Source of the DNA: Eledone cirrhosa
Lineage: Eukaryota
DNA length: 64,000 bases
Assembly: GCA_964016885.1 (NCBI GenBank)
Contig: OZ024765.1
Location: 4,216,001-4,280,000 of the forward strand
Direction of reading: 5' to 3'
Part shown: positions 42,693-55,117 of the stretch, piece after piece
Layout of the letters: each line of letters opens with the position of its first letter
How positions within the stretch are numbered: the stretch's first letter is position 1
Translations under genes and position numbers: made by a program
Notes under the pieces: generated by a model
Told to the model about the DNA's origin: nothing
The model's input: only the letters and a program-made list of their open reading frames with translations
Database searches by the model: none

Positions 42693-42850
42693 TATATATA
42701 TATAAATATAATTATATTTATATATATAATTATATATATATATAAATATAATTATATATATATATATAATTATATATATATATATATATATAATTATATA
42801 TATATATATATATATATATAATTATGTATATATAATTATATATCTAAAAT
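41672..42850. repeat. (TA)n / TATAATTATA satellite interrupted by a LINE fragment
   Basis: ATATAATTATATATA and ATAAATATAATTATA words on both sides of 41834-42391. Confidence 0.9.
41834..42391 (-). mobile_element. RTE-clade LINE 3' fragment with an uninterrupted 185-codon ORF
   Basis: RKSKAWAACHSLRSVWKS...VESVLLYGSETWTLT...RRLRLAGH...RRGRP...DRDRWR. Confidence 0.9.
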
Positions 42851-42912
42851 ATAATTATTTCTGAAGACGTTATTAAAATAAGTTTGATTATTTTGAATAA
42901 ATTATGATTTCT

Positions 42913-43500
42913 TTATTTTGAATAAATAATTGATTCTACTTTTGGCACAAGGCCAGCAATTACTCAGTGTATTACTGGTACTTTATTTTATCGACCCCGT
43001 AAGGATGAAAGGCAAAGTTAAACTCGGCGGGATTTGAACTCAGAATGGCAAGGGCCGTAACTCTATGCGTCAAAGCATGGTGTCTGACCCCCTGCCAAAG
43101 CATGGTGTCTGACCCCCTGCCAAAGCATGGTGTCTGACCCCCTGCCAAAGCATGGTGTCTGACCCTCTGCCAATCCACCGCCCTTATTTTGAATAAATAA
43201 TGAATTAATATTACATAATTTATCTACTAAATTTCGTAGCTGTTGATTTAACATAAATATTCTTATATATAATGATTGCTTATTTTAAGATTGACTTCTT
43301 TAAAAATTTTCAAATGTCAATACTTCTGGTTATGATAGAACATATGCTATATCACACATATCGTTTACATAAACCTTCATATATTTGCATCGTTATATCA
43401 TGTTTATATTTCCTACATGTATGTATATTTGTGTATAATATCAATATACACACTAAACATGCTAGCAGAAAAACCGTCGAAGGGTGGTTTTTCTGCTAGT
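42913..43500 (+). mobile_element. AT-rich Helitron-like element with a nested family B SINE (42931-43183, -)
   Basis: Ends in the hairpin CTAGCAGAAAAACC..GGTTTTTCTGCTAG; inverted homolog at 51428-52148; the SINE is flanked by 18-bp direct repeats. Confidence 0.6.
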
Positions 43501-43529
43501 ATATATAATCATATATAATTATATATTTA

Positions 43530-43700
43530 GTGAAGGCACGTGGCTTAGTGATTAGAGAGTTGGATTCGCAATTATGAGGTTGCAAGTTCAATTCTCGGAC
43601 CGGGTGATGTGTTGTGTCCTTGAGCAAGACACTTTATTTAACGTTGCTTCTTCAACCAAGCAAGTAAAATGAGGTTTGGGATCTTGTCGATCAATCAGAG
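43530..43700 (+). mobile_element. Family C tRNA-SINE
   Basis: GGCACGTGGCTTAGTGATTAG..GTTCAATTC..TGTGTCCTTGAGCAAGACAC. Confidence 0.75.
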
Positions 43701-43708
43701 CAATGTAA

Positions 43709-43751
<43 letters not shown>

Positions 43752-43816
43752 ATATACACACATATTTATATTTATATATATATATTATATATATATATAT
43801 ACACACATATTTATAT

Positions 43817-43850
<34 letters not shown>

Positions 43851-44119
43851 TTATATTTATATACATATATATATATTTTAAAAAAGGGAACAAATGACTT
43901 CTCTTGTAGTTCTAAACAATTCAATTTAATATTGTAATTTTATAATTCGGTTTGGTAATCAGGAAATCATGAATATATATATATGGCAAGAGTTTTCAGT
44001 GGGTACTCTGATCATGTGCATACAGTAATAACACATTGCACTATATAACAATCTAGACCTTGCAGGCCATTATATAACTACAATGAAACATGTGTTAGTA
44101 AATCTCCTGCATCAATAAA

Positions 44120-44280
44120 TGGGAGAGTGATGCTGCCAATAAAAATACATGCACCTGTTGGTTCAATTTATTACAAATTTCCAGTTGGTTGGTTTAATAA
44201 CCGGATGGTTGTTTATTTATTGTCATAGCTCTTTCATCACACATGATGTGACCTCAGTGACTAAATGAAATCTTGCAAAC
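44120..44280 (-). mobile_element. PLE pLTR fragment related to 19.2-19.4 kb, with a deleted hammerhead core
   Basis: GCCAATAAAAATACATGCACCTG..TTTCCAGTTGGTTGG..TGTCATAGCTCTTTC..GTGACCTCAGTGACT. Confidence 0.7.
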
Positions 44281-44399
44281 ATATATATATATATATATAA
44301 TAATAAATGATACTCTGCTCCCCTAGAGCATCGAGTGCTCATCTTGGCATACTGCCTGTGAACGCAATTCAATTGCACCACTACTATATATGTATATGT

Positions 44400-44632
44400 C
44401 ATCATTCATCATCATCATCGTTTAACATCCCTGTTCCACGCTTGCATGGGTTTGGACGGGGGTTTTCCCACTTGAGGCAAGAGTGGTTGTCTTGCTCGCA
44501 TAGGACTGTCTGGCGGGTTTTCTACGGCTGGATGCGCTTCCTAACACCAACCACATTTACAGTGTGGGACTGGGAGGTTTTTACCATGTTGCCTACACGG
44601 CCACATTACAGCGTGGACTGTGTTTTTTGTCG
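44400..44632 (-). mobile_element. Family A SINE 3' region
   Basis: Reverse complement of 34300-34530. Confidence 0.8.
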
Positions 44633-45629
44633 TATATATATATATATTATATATATATATATATTATTTATTATTAACATTGATATAAAAAAAATGTGTA
44701 ATTATTTTAAAAAGTTTTATTCAAATTTTTTGGGGGAAGGGCCTCCAATTTCATATAGCTTAGGGTTTCAGCAGGTGAAACTCTAACCCTGGTGAACTTT
44801 CATGTTTTGTTCCATTACTCCAGCATTTCTCAAAGATGGGAGGGTGGATAGGTACCCTAGGGGTTATGGTTCCACGAGGATTGAAAACAGGAATGGGTTG
44901 GAAGGGGGGGCGGGATTGCCATTTTTATTAAAACTAAGATGGGTTTTATAGACATAATTCTATCTCTTTTACTGGTTTTACTCATCTGACTATGGCCATG
45001 CTGGGGCACTACACTCTTTTACTTCTTTTAGTCAATAGACTGTGGCCATGCTGGGGCACCACATCCTTTCATTTTTTTTACTGGTTTATGGACTGAATAT
45101 AGCCATTATCTTCCAGAGAAACAGAGGAGAAGGAAGAATCAACCCAGTACAGAACTGGTATTCATTAACCTCAAAAGACAAAATTGAGCTCAGGGTAAGA
45201 TACTAGACTGGTACTTTCTTTTATCGACCTCAAAAAAACGAAAGGTAATGTTGACTTGAGAAGAGGAATCGACCCCCAGTACAGAACTGGTATTTTATAA
45301 ATTAACCTCAAAAGGCAAAAATTGAGCTCAGGGTAAGAATTGTACCCCAGTACTTAACTGGTACTTTTTTATTGACCTCAAAAGGATGAAAGGCAATGGA
45401 AGGAATTTGAACTCAGAATCCAGAGGACCCAAACAAACACCCCCAAAGCACTCTATCCAACATCCTAACCACTTGGCCATTCCACTGCCAGAATCAGCGA
45501 CAGATAAAAAAAATCCTCAGGAAACTCTTCTGACTTTTATGGTGGAACTTTAAATAACCATATTATGTTCTTGGAATTCAGTTTTAATATTTTATCTTTC
45601 CAGCCTTTAGGAGACAAGGATGATAGGAT

Positions 45630-47140
45630 GGGGGTTGGGGGGGGGGGTGAGAGTGAGAGGGAGTGAGAGGGTGAGAGAATGAGAGGGAGAGAGGGTGAGA
45701 GAGAGTGAAAGTAAGAAGGAAAGAGAGTGAGAGGGAGAGTGAGTGAGAGGGAGAGAGAGGGAGAGAGAGTAAGAGGGAGAGGGAGAGGAGAGTAAGAGGG
45801 AGTGAGAGGGAGTGAGAGGGAGTGAGAGGGAGAGAGAGTAAGAGGGAGTGAGAGGGAGAGAGAGTAAGAGGGAGAGAGAGGGAGAGAGAGTAAGAGGGAG
45901 AGAGAGTAAGAGGGAGAGAGAGGGAGAGAGAGTAAGAGGGAGAGAGAGTCAGAGGGTGAGAGAGTGAGAGGGACAGAGGGTGAGAGAGGGACAGAGGGTG
46001 AGAGAGTGAGAGGGACAGAGAGTGAGAGGGACAGAGGGTGAGAGAGGGACAGAGGGTGAGAGAGTGAGAGGGTGAGAGAGGGACAGAGGGTGAGAGAGTG
46101 AGAGGGACAGAGAGTGAGAGGGTGAGAGGGACAGAGAGTGAGAGGGTGAGAGGGAGAGAGAGTGAGAGGGTGAGAGAGTGAGAGGGTGAGAGAGTGAGAG
46201 GGAGAGAAAGTGAGAGAGTGAGAGGGTGAGAGGGAGAGAAAGTGAGAGAGTGAGAGGGTGAGAGGGAGAGAAAGTGAGAGAGTAAGAGGATGAAATGAAA
46301 TGAAAAAAAGCCATTTTTAAACTGGTACCTTATCAGCATGTTGTTCGTTAAATGTTACTTTCAGAACAGAAGAACATTGATAGAGAACATCAGAAAGGTG
46401 TGTGGGGTGGGCTGGGGTGGGGTGGGGGGTGAAGGGAGGGGGGGGATTTAATGCTAGCTGAAGAAATCAATAAATGTTAGATCAAACTTGAACTTGAAGC
46501 AAAACACCATGGAAATTTTGGTAAAGTGTAGAGGTGTGTGTGTGGGGGGGAGGGAGGGAGGGGGGAATACAGATATTTAGAGAGTGAGAGGGAGTGGGAG
46601 AGAAATAGAGAGAGGGGGAGAGAAAGAAATAGAGAGAGAGAAAGGTGGGAGAGAGGAGAAGAGGGACAGACAGACAGACAGAGAGAGAGAAAGAGAGACG
46701 GACATACAGTCAGAGAGAGAGGGAGTGAGAGGAATAGAGGGAGACATACAGTCAGAGAGAGAGGGAGTGAGAGAGGAATAGAGGGAGACATACAGTCAGA
46801 GAGAGAGGGAGTGAGAGAGGAATAGAGGGAGACATACAGACAGAGAGAGGGAGTGAGTGAGAGAGGAATAGAGGGAGACATACAGACAGAGAGAGAGAAA
46901 GAGAGAGGGGGAGTGAGAGAGGAATAGAGGGAAACATACAGACAGAGAGAGAGAGGGGGCAAGAGAGAGAGAGAGAAAGAGAGGGAGACTTACAGACAGA
47001 GAGAGAGAAAGAGAAAGGGGGAGTGAGAGAGGAATAGAGGGAGACATACAGACAGAGAGAGAGAGAGAGAGAGACAGAGAGAGTCAGAGAGAGAGAGACA
47101 GAGAGAGAAAGAGAGAGAGAGAGGTGGGAGAGTGAGAGGA
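45630..47140. repeat. Two polypurine (GA)-derived minisatellite tracts
   Basis: GAGAGGGAGAGAGAGTAA and GAGGAATAGAGGGAGACATACAG units. Confidence 0.9.
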
Positions 47141-47184
47141 AGGTTCTAAATGACATGTAATACTGAAAAATAATCTAAAATAGT

Positions 47185-47735
47185 TGACAGAATTGGTAGA
47201 GCGGCAAATAAAATGGTATTGTGGTATTTGTTTTGGCTCTCTGCTTCCTGAGTTCAAATCCTGCCAAAGTCAACATTGCCCTTCATCCATTCGAGTTTGA
47301 TAAAATAAATGTACCAGTTTAGTACTGGGGTCAATTCTTCCTCTGTCATTTCCTCACCTCCTTTCTCTCACAAATCTGCTGTATTCAGGCCTCCCCATCA
47401 CTATAGTTTGCTGAGGTCAACTTTGCCTTTCGTCCATTAGCAGTCGATAAAAAAGTAGCAGTCAAGTACTGGGGTCAGTTCTTCCTCTATACAGTATCTC
47501 TTCATCACTTCTTCCCCATCACTATAGTTTGTTGAGGTCAACTTTGCCATTCGTTCATTAGCAGTCGATAAAAAAGTAGCAGTCAAGTACTGGGGTCAGT
47601 TCTTCCTCTATACAGTATCTCTTCATCACTTCTTCTCCATCACTATAGTTTGCTGAGGTCAACTTTGCCATTCGTCCATTCGAGGTCAATAAAAAAAAGT
47701 AGCAGTCTAATACTGGGGTTGATTCTTCCTCTATA
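47185..47735 (+). mobile_element. Family B-like SINE followed by 3 x ~121-bp duplication of its body
   Basis: CCATCACTATAGTTTG recurs at ~47395, 47516 and 47637. Confidence 0.75.
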
Positions 47736-47857
47736 TCTGGGGTGTGCAACATATTCCATTGCAGGGCCACTTTTGAACATTGGAACAACTATTAGGGCCA
47801 TTAATATTTATTAAGTACTATTCGAAAGATTCACCACAACTTCTTTCCATAACATGG

Positions 47858-49476
47858 AACTGGGAAATTATAACATACATAACCCTATCAGTGAAGCCCT
47901 TTAGTATAGGTCAACTGGGAAATTATAACACACATAACCCTATCAGTGAAGCCCTTTAGTATAGGTCAACTGGGAAATTATAACACACATAACCCTAATG
48001 TGAAGCCCTTTAGTATAGGTCAACTGGGAAATTATAACACATATCCCTATCAGTGAAGCCCTTTAGTAGAGGTCAACTGGGAAATTATAACACACATAAC
48101 CCTATCAGTGAAGCCATTTAGTATAGGTCAACTGGGAAATTATAACACACATAACCCTATCCGTGAAGCCCTTTAGTATAGGTCAACTGGGAAATTATAA
48201 CATACATAACCCTATCAGTGAAGCCCTTTAGTATAGGTCAACTGGGAAATTATAACATACATAACCCTATCAGTGAAGCCCTTTAGTATAGGTCAACTGG
48301 GAAATTATAACATACATAACCCTATCAGTGAAGCCCTTTAGTATAGGTCAACTGGGAAATTATAACATACATAACCCTATCAGTGAAGCCCTTTAGTATA
48401 GGTCAACTGGGAAATTATAACACACATAGCCCTATCAGTGAAGCCCTTTAGTATAGGTCAACTGGGAAATTATAACATACATAACCCTATCAGTGAAGCC
48501 CTTTAGTATAGGTCAACTGGGAAATTATAACACACATAGCCCTATCAGTGAAGCCCTTTAGTATAGGTCAACTGGGAAATTATAACATACATAACCCTAT
48601 CAGTGAAGCCCTTTAGTATAGGTCAACTGGGAAATTATAACACACATAGCCCTATCAGTGAAGCCCTTTAGTATAGGTCAACTGGGAAATTATAACATAC
48701 ATAACCCTATCAGTGAAGCCCTTTAGTATAGGTCAACTGGGAAATTATAACATACATAACCCTATCAGTGAAGCCCTTTAGTATAGGTCAACTGGGAAAT
48801 TATAACACACATAGCCCTATCAGTGAAGCCCTTTAGTATAGGTCAACTGGGAAATTATAACATACATAACCCTATCAGTGAAGCCCTTTAGTATAGGTCA
48901 ACTGGGAAATTATAACACACATAGCCCTATCAGTGAAGCCCTTTAGTATAGGTCAACTGGGAAATTATAACATACATAACCCTATCAGTGAAGCCCTTTA
49001 GTATAGGTCAACTGGGAAATTATAACACACATAGCCCTATCAGTGAAGCCCTTTAGTATAGGTCAACTGGGAAATTATAACATACATAACCCTATCAGTG
49101 AAGCCCTTTAGTATAGGTCAACTGGGAAATTATAACACACATAACCCTATCAGTGAAGCCCTTTAGTATAGGTCAACTGGGAAATTATAACACATAACCC
49201 TATCAGTGAAGCCCTTTAGTATAGGTCAACTGGGAAATTATAACACACATAACCCTATCAGTGAAGCCCTTTAGTATAGGTCAACTGGGAAATTATAACA
49301 CATAACCCTATCAGTGAAGCCCTTTAGTATAGGTCAACTGGGAAATTATAACACACATAACCCTATCAGTGAAGCCCTTTAGTATAGGTCAACTGGGAAA
49401 TTATAACACATAACCCTATCAGTGAAGCCCTTTAGTATAGGTCAACTGGGAAATTATAACACATATAACCCTATCA
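47858..49476. repeat. ~29 x 55-bp minisatellite
   Basis: GGTCAACTGGGAAATTATAACAYACATARCCCTATCAGTGAAGCCCTTTAGTATA period 55 (48181, 48236, 48291). Confidence 0.95.
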
Positions 49477-50225
49477 TGGACTATACCGTTAAACATCCTG
49501 ACACCCCTACCTCATGGACTATACCATTTCACACTCTGACACCCCTACCACATGGACTATACCATTTCACACCCTGATACCCCTACTACCTGGACTATAC
49601 TATTAAAATCCTGACTACCCCTACCACATGGTCTATATCATTTCACACCCTGACCTCCCCTATCATCCAGACTATACCATTTCACACCCTGACCACCCCT
49701 ACTACCTGGACTATACCATTTCACAGCCTGACCACCCCTGTCATCCAAACTATACCTTTTCACACCCTGACCACCCCTACTACCTGGACTATACCATTTC
49801 ACACCCTGACCACCCCTGTCATCCAAACTATACCATTTCCCACCCTGACCACCCCTGTCATCCAAACTATACCATTTCACACCCTGACCACCCCTGTCAT
49901 CCAGACTATACCATTTCACACCCTGACCACCCCTGTCATCCAAACTATACCATTTCACACCCTGACCTCCCCTACTACCTGGACTATACCATTTCACACC
50001 CTGACCACCCCTACTACCTGGACTATACCATTTCACAGCCTGGCCACCCCTGTCATCCAAACTATACCTTTTCACACCCTGACCTCCCCTACTACCTGGA
50101 CTATACCATTTCACAGCCTGGCCACCCCTGTCATCCAAACTATACCTTTTCACAGCCTGACCACCCCTACTACCTGGACTATACCATTTCACAGCCTGAC
50201 CACCCCTATAATCCAGACTATACCA
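49477..50225. repeat. ~19 x 39-bp minisatellite
   Basis: GGACTATACCATTTCACACCCTGACCACCCCTACTACCT; gives 13-aa repeat ORFs on both strands. Confidence 0.9.
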
Positions 50226-51427
50226 GTAGAAAGCTTTCTCTAGAAACATTACTGAGTTATTGGTCTCTGGTGCTAAAATCTGAGAAGAAGGGATCAATCA
50301 CCAATAGATAATAGATTATTGATTATATTAGTATATTGATACTGTCACTATACTAATATATTCCTGATCAATAAATATAAATCAGGTGATATTTGAAATA
50401 TTAATTAACTCTCTAGCATCAAACTTGCCTTCGTTTAATCACGTTGAGTTGATTCTTGGACCCCCTTCTTTTATACCCCACCCTACCTCCCTAACCCTGC
50501 TTCTAGGATACAGAGCTGTTTGTATTTATGTAATGACCTCTGTTAAGTTATGTTCCAAATACCACCTGGAACCACGCCTGCTTCTAGGATACAAAACTGT
50601 GTTTTAAAGTGTTTGTATTTATCTAGAAACCTTCCATCATAATTTTATGTAACAACCTTTGTTAAGTTATGTTCCATATGCCACCTGAAACCACCCCTGC
50701 TTCTAGGATACAAAACTGTTTGTATTTATCTAGAAACCTTCCATCATAATTTTATATAACAACCTTTGTTAAGTTATGTTCCAAATACCACCTTCTAGGA
50801 TACAAAACTGTGTTTTAAAGTGTTTGTATTTATTTAGAAACCTTCCATCATAATTTTATGTTAGAACCTCTGCTAAGTTATGTTCCATATGCCTCCTGAA
50901 ACCACGTCTGGTTCTATGTTACAAAACTGTGATTTAATTTATCTAAAAACCTTCTACCATAATTTTATGTAAGAACCGTCATTAAGTTATATTCCAAAAC
51001 ACCTGAAATCACCCCTGGTTCAAAGCTACAAAGCTGTATGTTTTAAAATGTTTATATTTATCTTAAAATTCTCCAGCATAATTTATTAAGTTATGTTCGA
51101 AACAGTTTAATAATGAAAAAGTTTTATTACTAAATCTCTCTATCGATTATCATCAAAATTATTTTTAAATCAATTATAGTGTCTTTCATTAGAAATATGG
51201 TAATGAAAAAGTTAAAGTGTTTATTTTTATCTAAAAACCTTCCATCATAATTTTATGGTAAAAGCTATAAGTTATATTCCAAACAACAGTTAAATACTGA
51301 GAAAGTTAGTTATGTTGATAAAACTTAAAAAAATTATGCTTTTTGTTTTTTTAAAATTAATCGGAAATTCTAGTCAGAGTGTTTCATTAAAAAATATCGT
51401 AAACTTTGCATTTTCTTTATTATATAT

Positions 51428-52330
51428 ACTAGCAGAAAAACCACCATTCGAGTGGTTTTCTGCTAGCATGTGTAGTGTGCATATTGATATTATATACATA
51501 CATGTAGATATGCAAATATACATACAAGTAGATATGATACATCAAATAGAATCATAATTGACAATATACACAGAAATTGAAGAGAGACTGTGTTACACTG
51601 TCTTCTGTAATCAGTAAAGTAATCCATGATACATTTAAAAAAGACGATATTATATATAAACTGTATTACGGTGAAATGTAATGAAAAAGGAAAAGGAGAA
51701 AATTAGTGACGGTAATATAAATGTTATGATATAACGATGCAAATATATGAATGTTTATATAAGTGATATAATATAGCGTCCATTATATCATAACCAGAAG
51801 TATTGACATTTGAACATTTTTAAAGAAGTGAATCTTAAAATAAGCAATCATTATATTTAAGAATATTTATGTTTAATCAACAGCTACGAAATTTAGTAGA
51901 TAAATTATGTAATATTCATTCATTATTTATTCAAAGTAATTCAAAGGGCGGTGGATTGGCAGTATCAGTAGAGGGTCGGACGCCATGCTTTCCAGCATAG
52001 TTACGTCCCTTTACGATCTGAGTTCAAATCCCGCCGAGGTTGACTTTGCCTTTCATCCTTACGGGGTCGATAAAATAAAGTACCAGTAATGCACTGGGTA
52101 ATTGCTGGCCTTGTGCCTAAAGTAGAAACAATTATTTATTCAAAGTAAGCGGTTGGCAGTATCGGTAGAGGGTCGGACGCCATGCTTTACAGCATAGAGT
52201 TACGGCCCTTTACGGTCTGAGTTCAAATCCCGCTGAGGTTAACTTTGCTTTTCATCCTTACGGGGTTGATAAAATAAAGTACCAGTAATGCACTGGGGTA
52301 ATTGCTGACCTTGTGCCAAAAGTAGAAACA
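51428..52330 (-). mobile_element. Second Helitron-like copy with two tandem family B SINEs (51946-52130 and 52149-52330, +)
   Basis: Inverted homolog of 43190-43500; ATTATTTATTCAAAGTAA direct repeat at 51922 and 52131. Confidence 0.65.
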
Positions 52331-52700
52331 ACTTTACAGTGTGGACTGGGTGCTTCTTGTCATGTCACCAACCCAACCACTTTACAGTGCAGACTGGGTG
52401 CTTCTTGTCATGTCACCAACCCGACCACTTTACAGTGTGGACTGGGTGCTTCTTGTCATGTCACCAACCCGACCACTTTACAGTGGGGACTGGGTACTTT
52501 TTGTTGTGTCACCAACCCGACCACTTTACAGTGTGGACTGGGTGCTTCTTGACATGTCACCAACCCGACCACTTTACAGTGTGGACTGGGTGCTGTTTAT
52601 TGTGGCACCAGAATGACCACTTTACAGTGTGGACTTGGTGCTTGGCACTAAAACGACCACTTTTTGTTGTGTCACCCTCATGACCCCTTTACACGTTGGA
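52331..52700 (-). repeat. ~7 x 48-bp family A-derived array
   Basis: ACTTTACAGTGTGGACTGGGTGC period 48. Confidence 0.85.
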
Positions 52701-53619
52701 CTAATTAACTAAATTCATTCAAGGTAGTGCTACATCATGGCCACAGTCCACTGATTGTAACCAATAGAAGATCAGACAGACAGACAGACAGACAGACACA
52801 GAGATAAAATCATAGTTTTTGAAAGACTCTTTCTACTATTCTTTTGATTTCATTATATGGTTTTGTTTCTTTCGAAACAAATTCCCAGATCAAGAATTCT
52901 TTTTATGAGGATCATTGTATTTCCTCCACCCCACTAACTCCCACCAGAGCTCACTCACTCCCATCTCCCTGTCGCCAACCAATTATTATAAATCGTTTTA
53001 CAAATATATATTACAAGTATTCTGTGTGTGTGTGTGTCAGTGTGTATGTGTGTCTGAGTGTGTGTATGTGCGTGTGTATGTGCGTGTGTTTGTATGTCTG
53101 TGTGTGTGTGTCTGTGTGTGTTTGTGTGTGCTTTTGTTTCTCTGTATTGTGGCTTTCTCTGTCGTTTGTTCAGTGGAAATAATGACAGCGGAGACTAATA
53201 AGGTTTGTCACAACTAAACAAGAAATAATACTATGGCGCTGTATTGTTAGGTTTGCAAAGTGAATTTCTAAGAACAAAATAATTGATAATAAACCGCACC
53301 CATCTCCCCCACACATACACCCCCCTCCCCACGCACACACACCAAAACTAATATTATTTATCAGCAGTCTAAAGGAAAACATTCTCTTTGTTCACCTATG
53401 TTTGTTTTTTTTTAGTTACTGGGGAGAATAACAGACTCCACTTGCAGAAATAGGGGTTAAAGGACCTTTCGATTGGAAAGTGAACTTTTTTATTTTAACA
53501 ATATAACTGAGATAGGAGATGTATTGTGCGCAAGTGTGTATGGTTGTGTAATGTAAGGTTAGGACCCGGGACCTTGCGATTGTAATGTCAACTTATTATT
53601 GTAGCAATATGAGCGTGAG

Positions 53620-53898
53620 ATTGGCAATATCAGTCGAGCATCAGATACCATGCTTTGAAGCATAGAGTTATGGCCCTTTATGTTCTGAGTTCAAATCCTA
53701 CGAGGTTAACTTTGCCTTTCATCCTTACGGGGTCGATAAAATAAACTACCAGTAATGCACTGGGGTAATTGCTGGCCTTGTGCCAAAAGTAGAAACAATT
53801 ATAAATAAAAACAACCATGCTTTGCAGCATAGAGTTATGGCCCTTTATGTTCTGAGTTCAAATCCTACCGAGTTTAACTTTGCCTTTCATCCTTACGG
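53620..53898 (+). mobile_element. Family B SINE plus a partial duplicate
   Basis: CATGCTTTG..GAGTTCAAATCC..GCCTTTCATCCTTACGG occurs twice. Confidence 0.8.
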
Positions 53899-53910
53899 AT
53901 GTATATAATA

Positions 53911-53961
<51 letters not shown>

Positions 53962-53966
<5 letters not shown>

Positions 53967-54208
53967 ATATTAAATAAATGGAAGCTATATTTATAAAACC
54001 ATATTTATTCTATTATATATATTTCAAGGGTACCAAAAGACTTTGGTACGCTTTCATCAGATTTTTGGTACCCTTGAAATATATATAATAGAATAAATTT
54101 ATTTAATATCATTGAATGTTTACTCCAGAAAGCTGTCGAGTGCTCTGAATCAGTTATAAACATTTATATTTGTTGTTTTTCCAACAAATTAAATATCCCT
54201 TCTACTTA
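53962..54208. mobile_element. Fold-back element carrying a hammerhead (- strand, 54003-54062)
   Basis: Minus strand CUGAUGA-AAGCGUACCAAA[gucu]UUUGGUACCCUU-GAAA-UAUAUA-UA; inverted arms around ~54050; same family as 62115-62517. Confidence 0.75.
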
Positions 54209-54223
54209 TATATATATATATAT

Positions 54224-54844
54224 AATGGCGATGAATTAGTTTTGCGAGGTTTTTGATATGAAATCATGTGTCGCAACAAATATTGTTATACTTGGGGAGG
54301 GTCATATTTGTGTAATATTGCCAGAATTAATAACAGAACACACTCACTGTTTGGTTGGTTTTCGCTTCTCGCTTCTGGGTCTTTTATATCGGTAATCTAA
54401 TTTATTCGGTCCTCAATGTTACCATTGACTGACCAACGGTCAAAAATAATACGGATACAATATAGACACAAACACATATATATAGTCTATCAAAGTTCTT
54501 TCGTTGCACATCTGCAACATCGTCAGTGGTGCTATTGTTTCCTCCTGCTGCATTGTATTTTCTACGCCATCTTTCAATACAATGCAACGGGAAGAAACAA
54601 TAGCACCACTGACGATGTTGCAGATGTGCAACGAAAGAACTTTGATAAACTATATATATGTGTTTCTGTCTATATTGTATCTGTATTTTTGACCGTTGGT
54701 CAGTCAATGGCAACATTGAGGACCGAATAAATTAAATTACCGATATAAAAGACACAGAAGCGAAAAGCGAAAACCAACCAAACAGTGAGTGTGTTCTGTT
54801 ATTAATTCTGGCAATATTACACAAATATGACCCTCCCCAAGTAT

Positions 54845-54851
<7 letters not shown>
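54224..54851. mobile_element. ~570-bp fold-back PLE pLTR-like element with a hammerhead in each arm
   Basis: Arms ~54281-54558 / 54576-54850; CTGACGA-T-GTTGCA[gatg]TGCAAC-GAAA-GAAC-TT at 54609-54642 and its reverse at ~54492-54526; arm end resembles 19190-19215. Confidence 0.85.
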
Positions 54852-54890
<39 letters not shown>

Positions 54891-55117
54891 TTCAAAATAT
54901 TAACAAATATAGACATTCGTGTGATCAAGTATATTTTATTATACATATTTCAGGGGTACTGAGCTATCTTCAACAATACGTCTAATCTATTGTAAAACTT
55001 TATTCATTGATTTATTCATTGAACCTTGTTTAACCTTTAAATATATATATAAATATATATATATAATAGAAAAAACGAGGAAGTTTCATTCACATATGAA
55101 AAACATTTATTGTCTAT

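Noticed and set aside
47858-49476. CRISPR-like array (also 5455-6320 and 9333-9850)
   Set aside because: Units are head-to-tail with no unique spacers, there are no cas genes, and the context is eukaryotic.
49628-50311. His/Pro/Asp-rich 13-aa repeat protein
   Set aside because: 39-bp minisatellite open on both strands; no signal peptide or exon evidence.
51946-52040. tRNA genes at GAGTTCAAATCC motifs
   Set aside because: These are SINE heads without a cloverleaf, followed by a SINE body and tail.
53173-53201. Possible micro-exon (polypyrimidine-CAG ... AG/GTTTGT); similar at 26396-26413
   Set aside because: Splice-like words alone are common and there is no supporting coding signal.
54402-54730. 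Paired 104-aa ORFs on opposite strands
   Set aside because: Mirror products of the palindrome, with no protein features.
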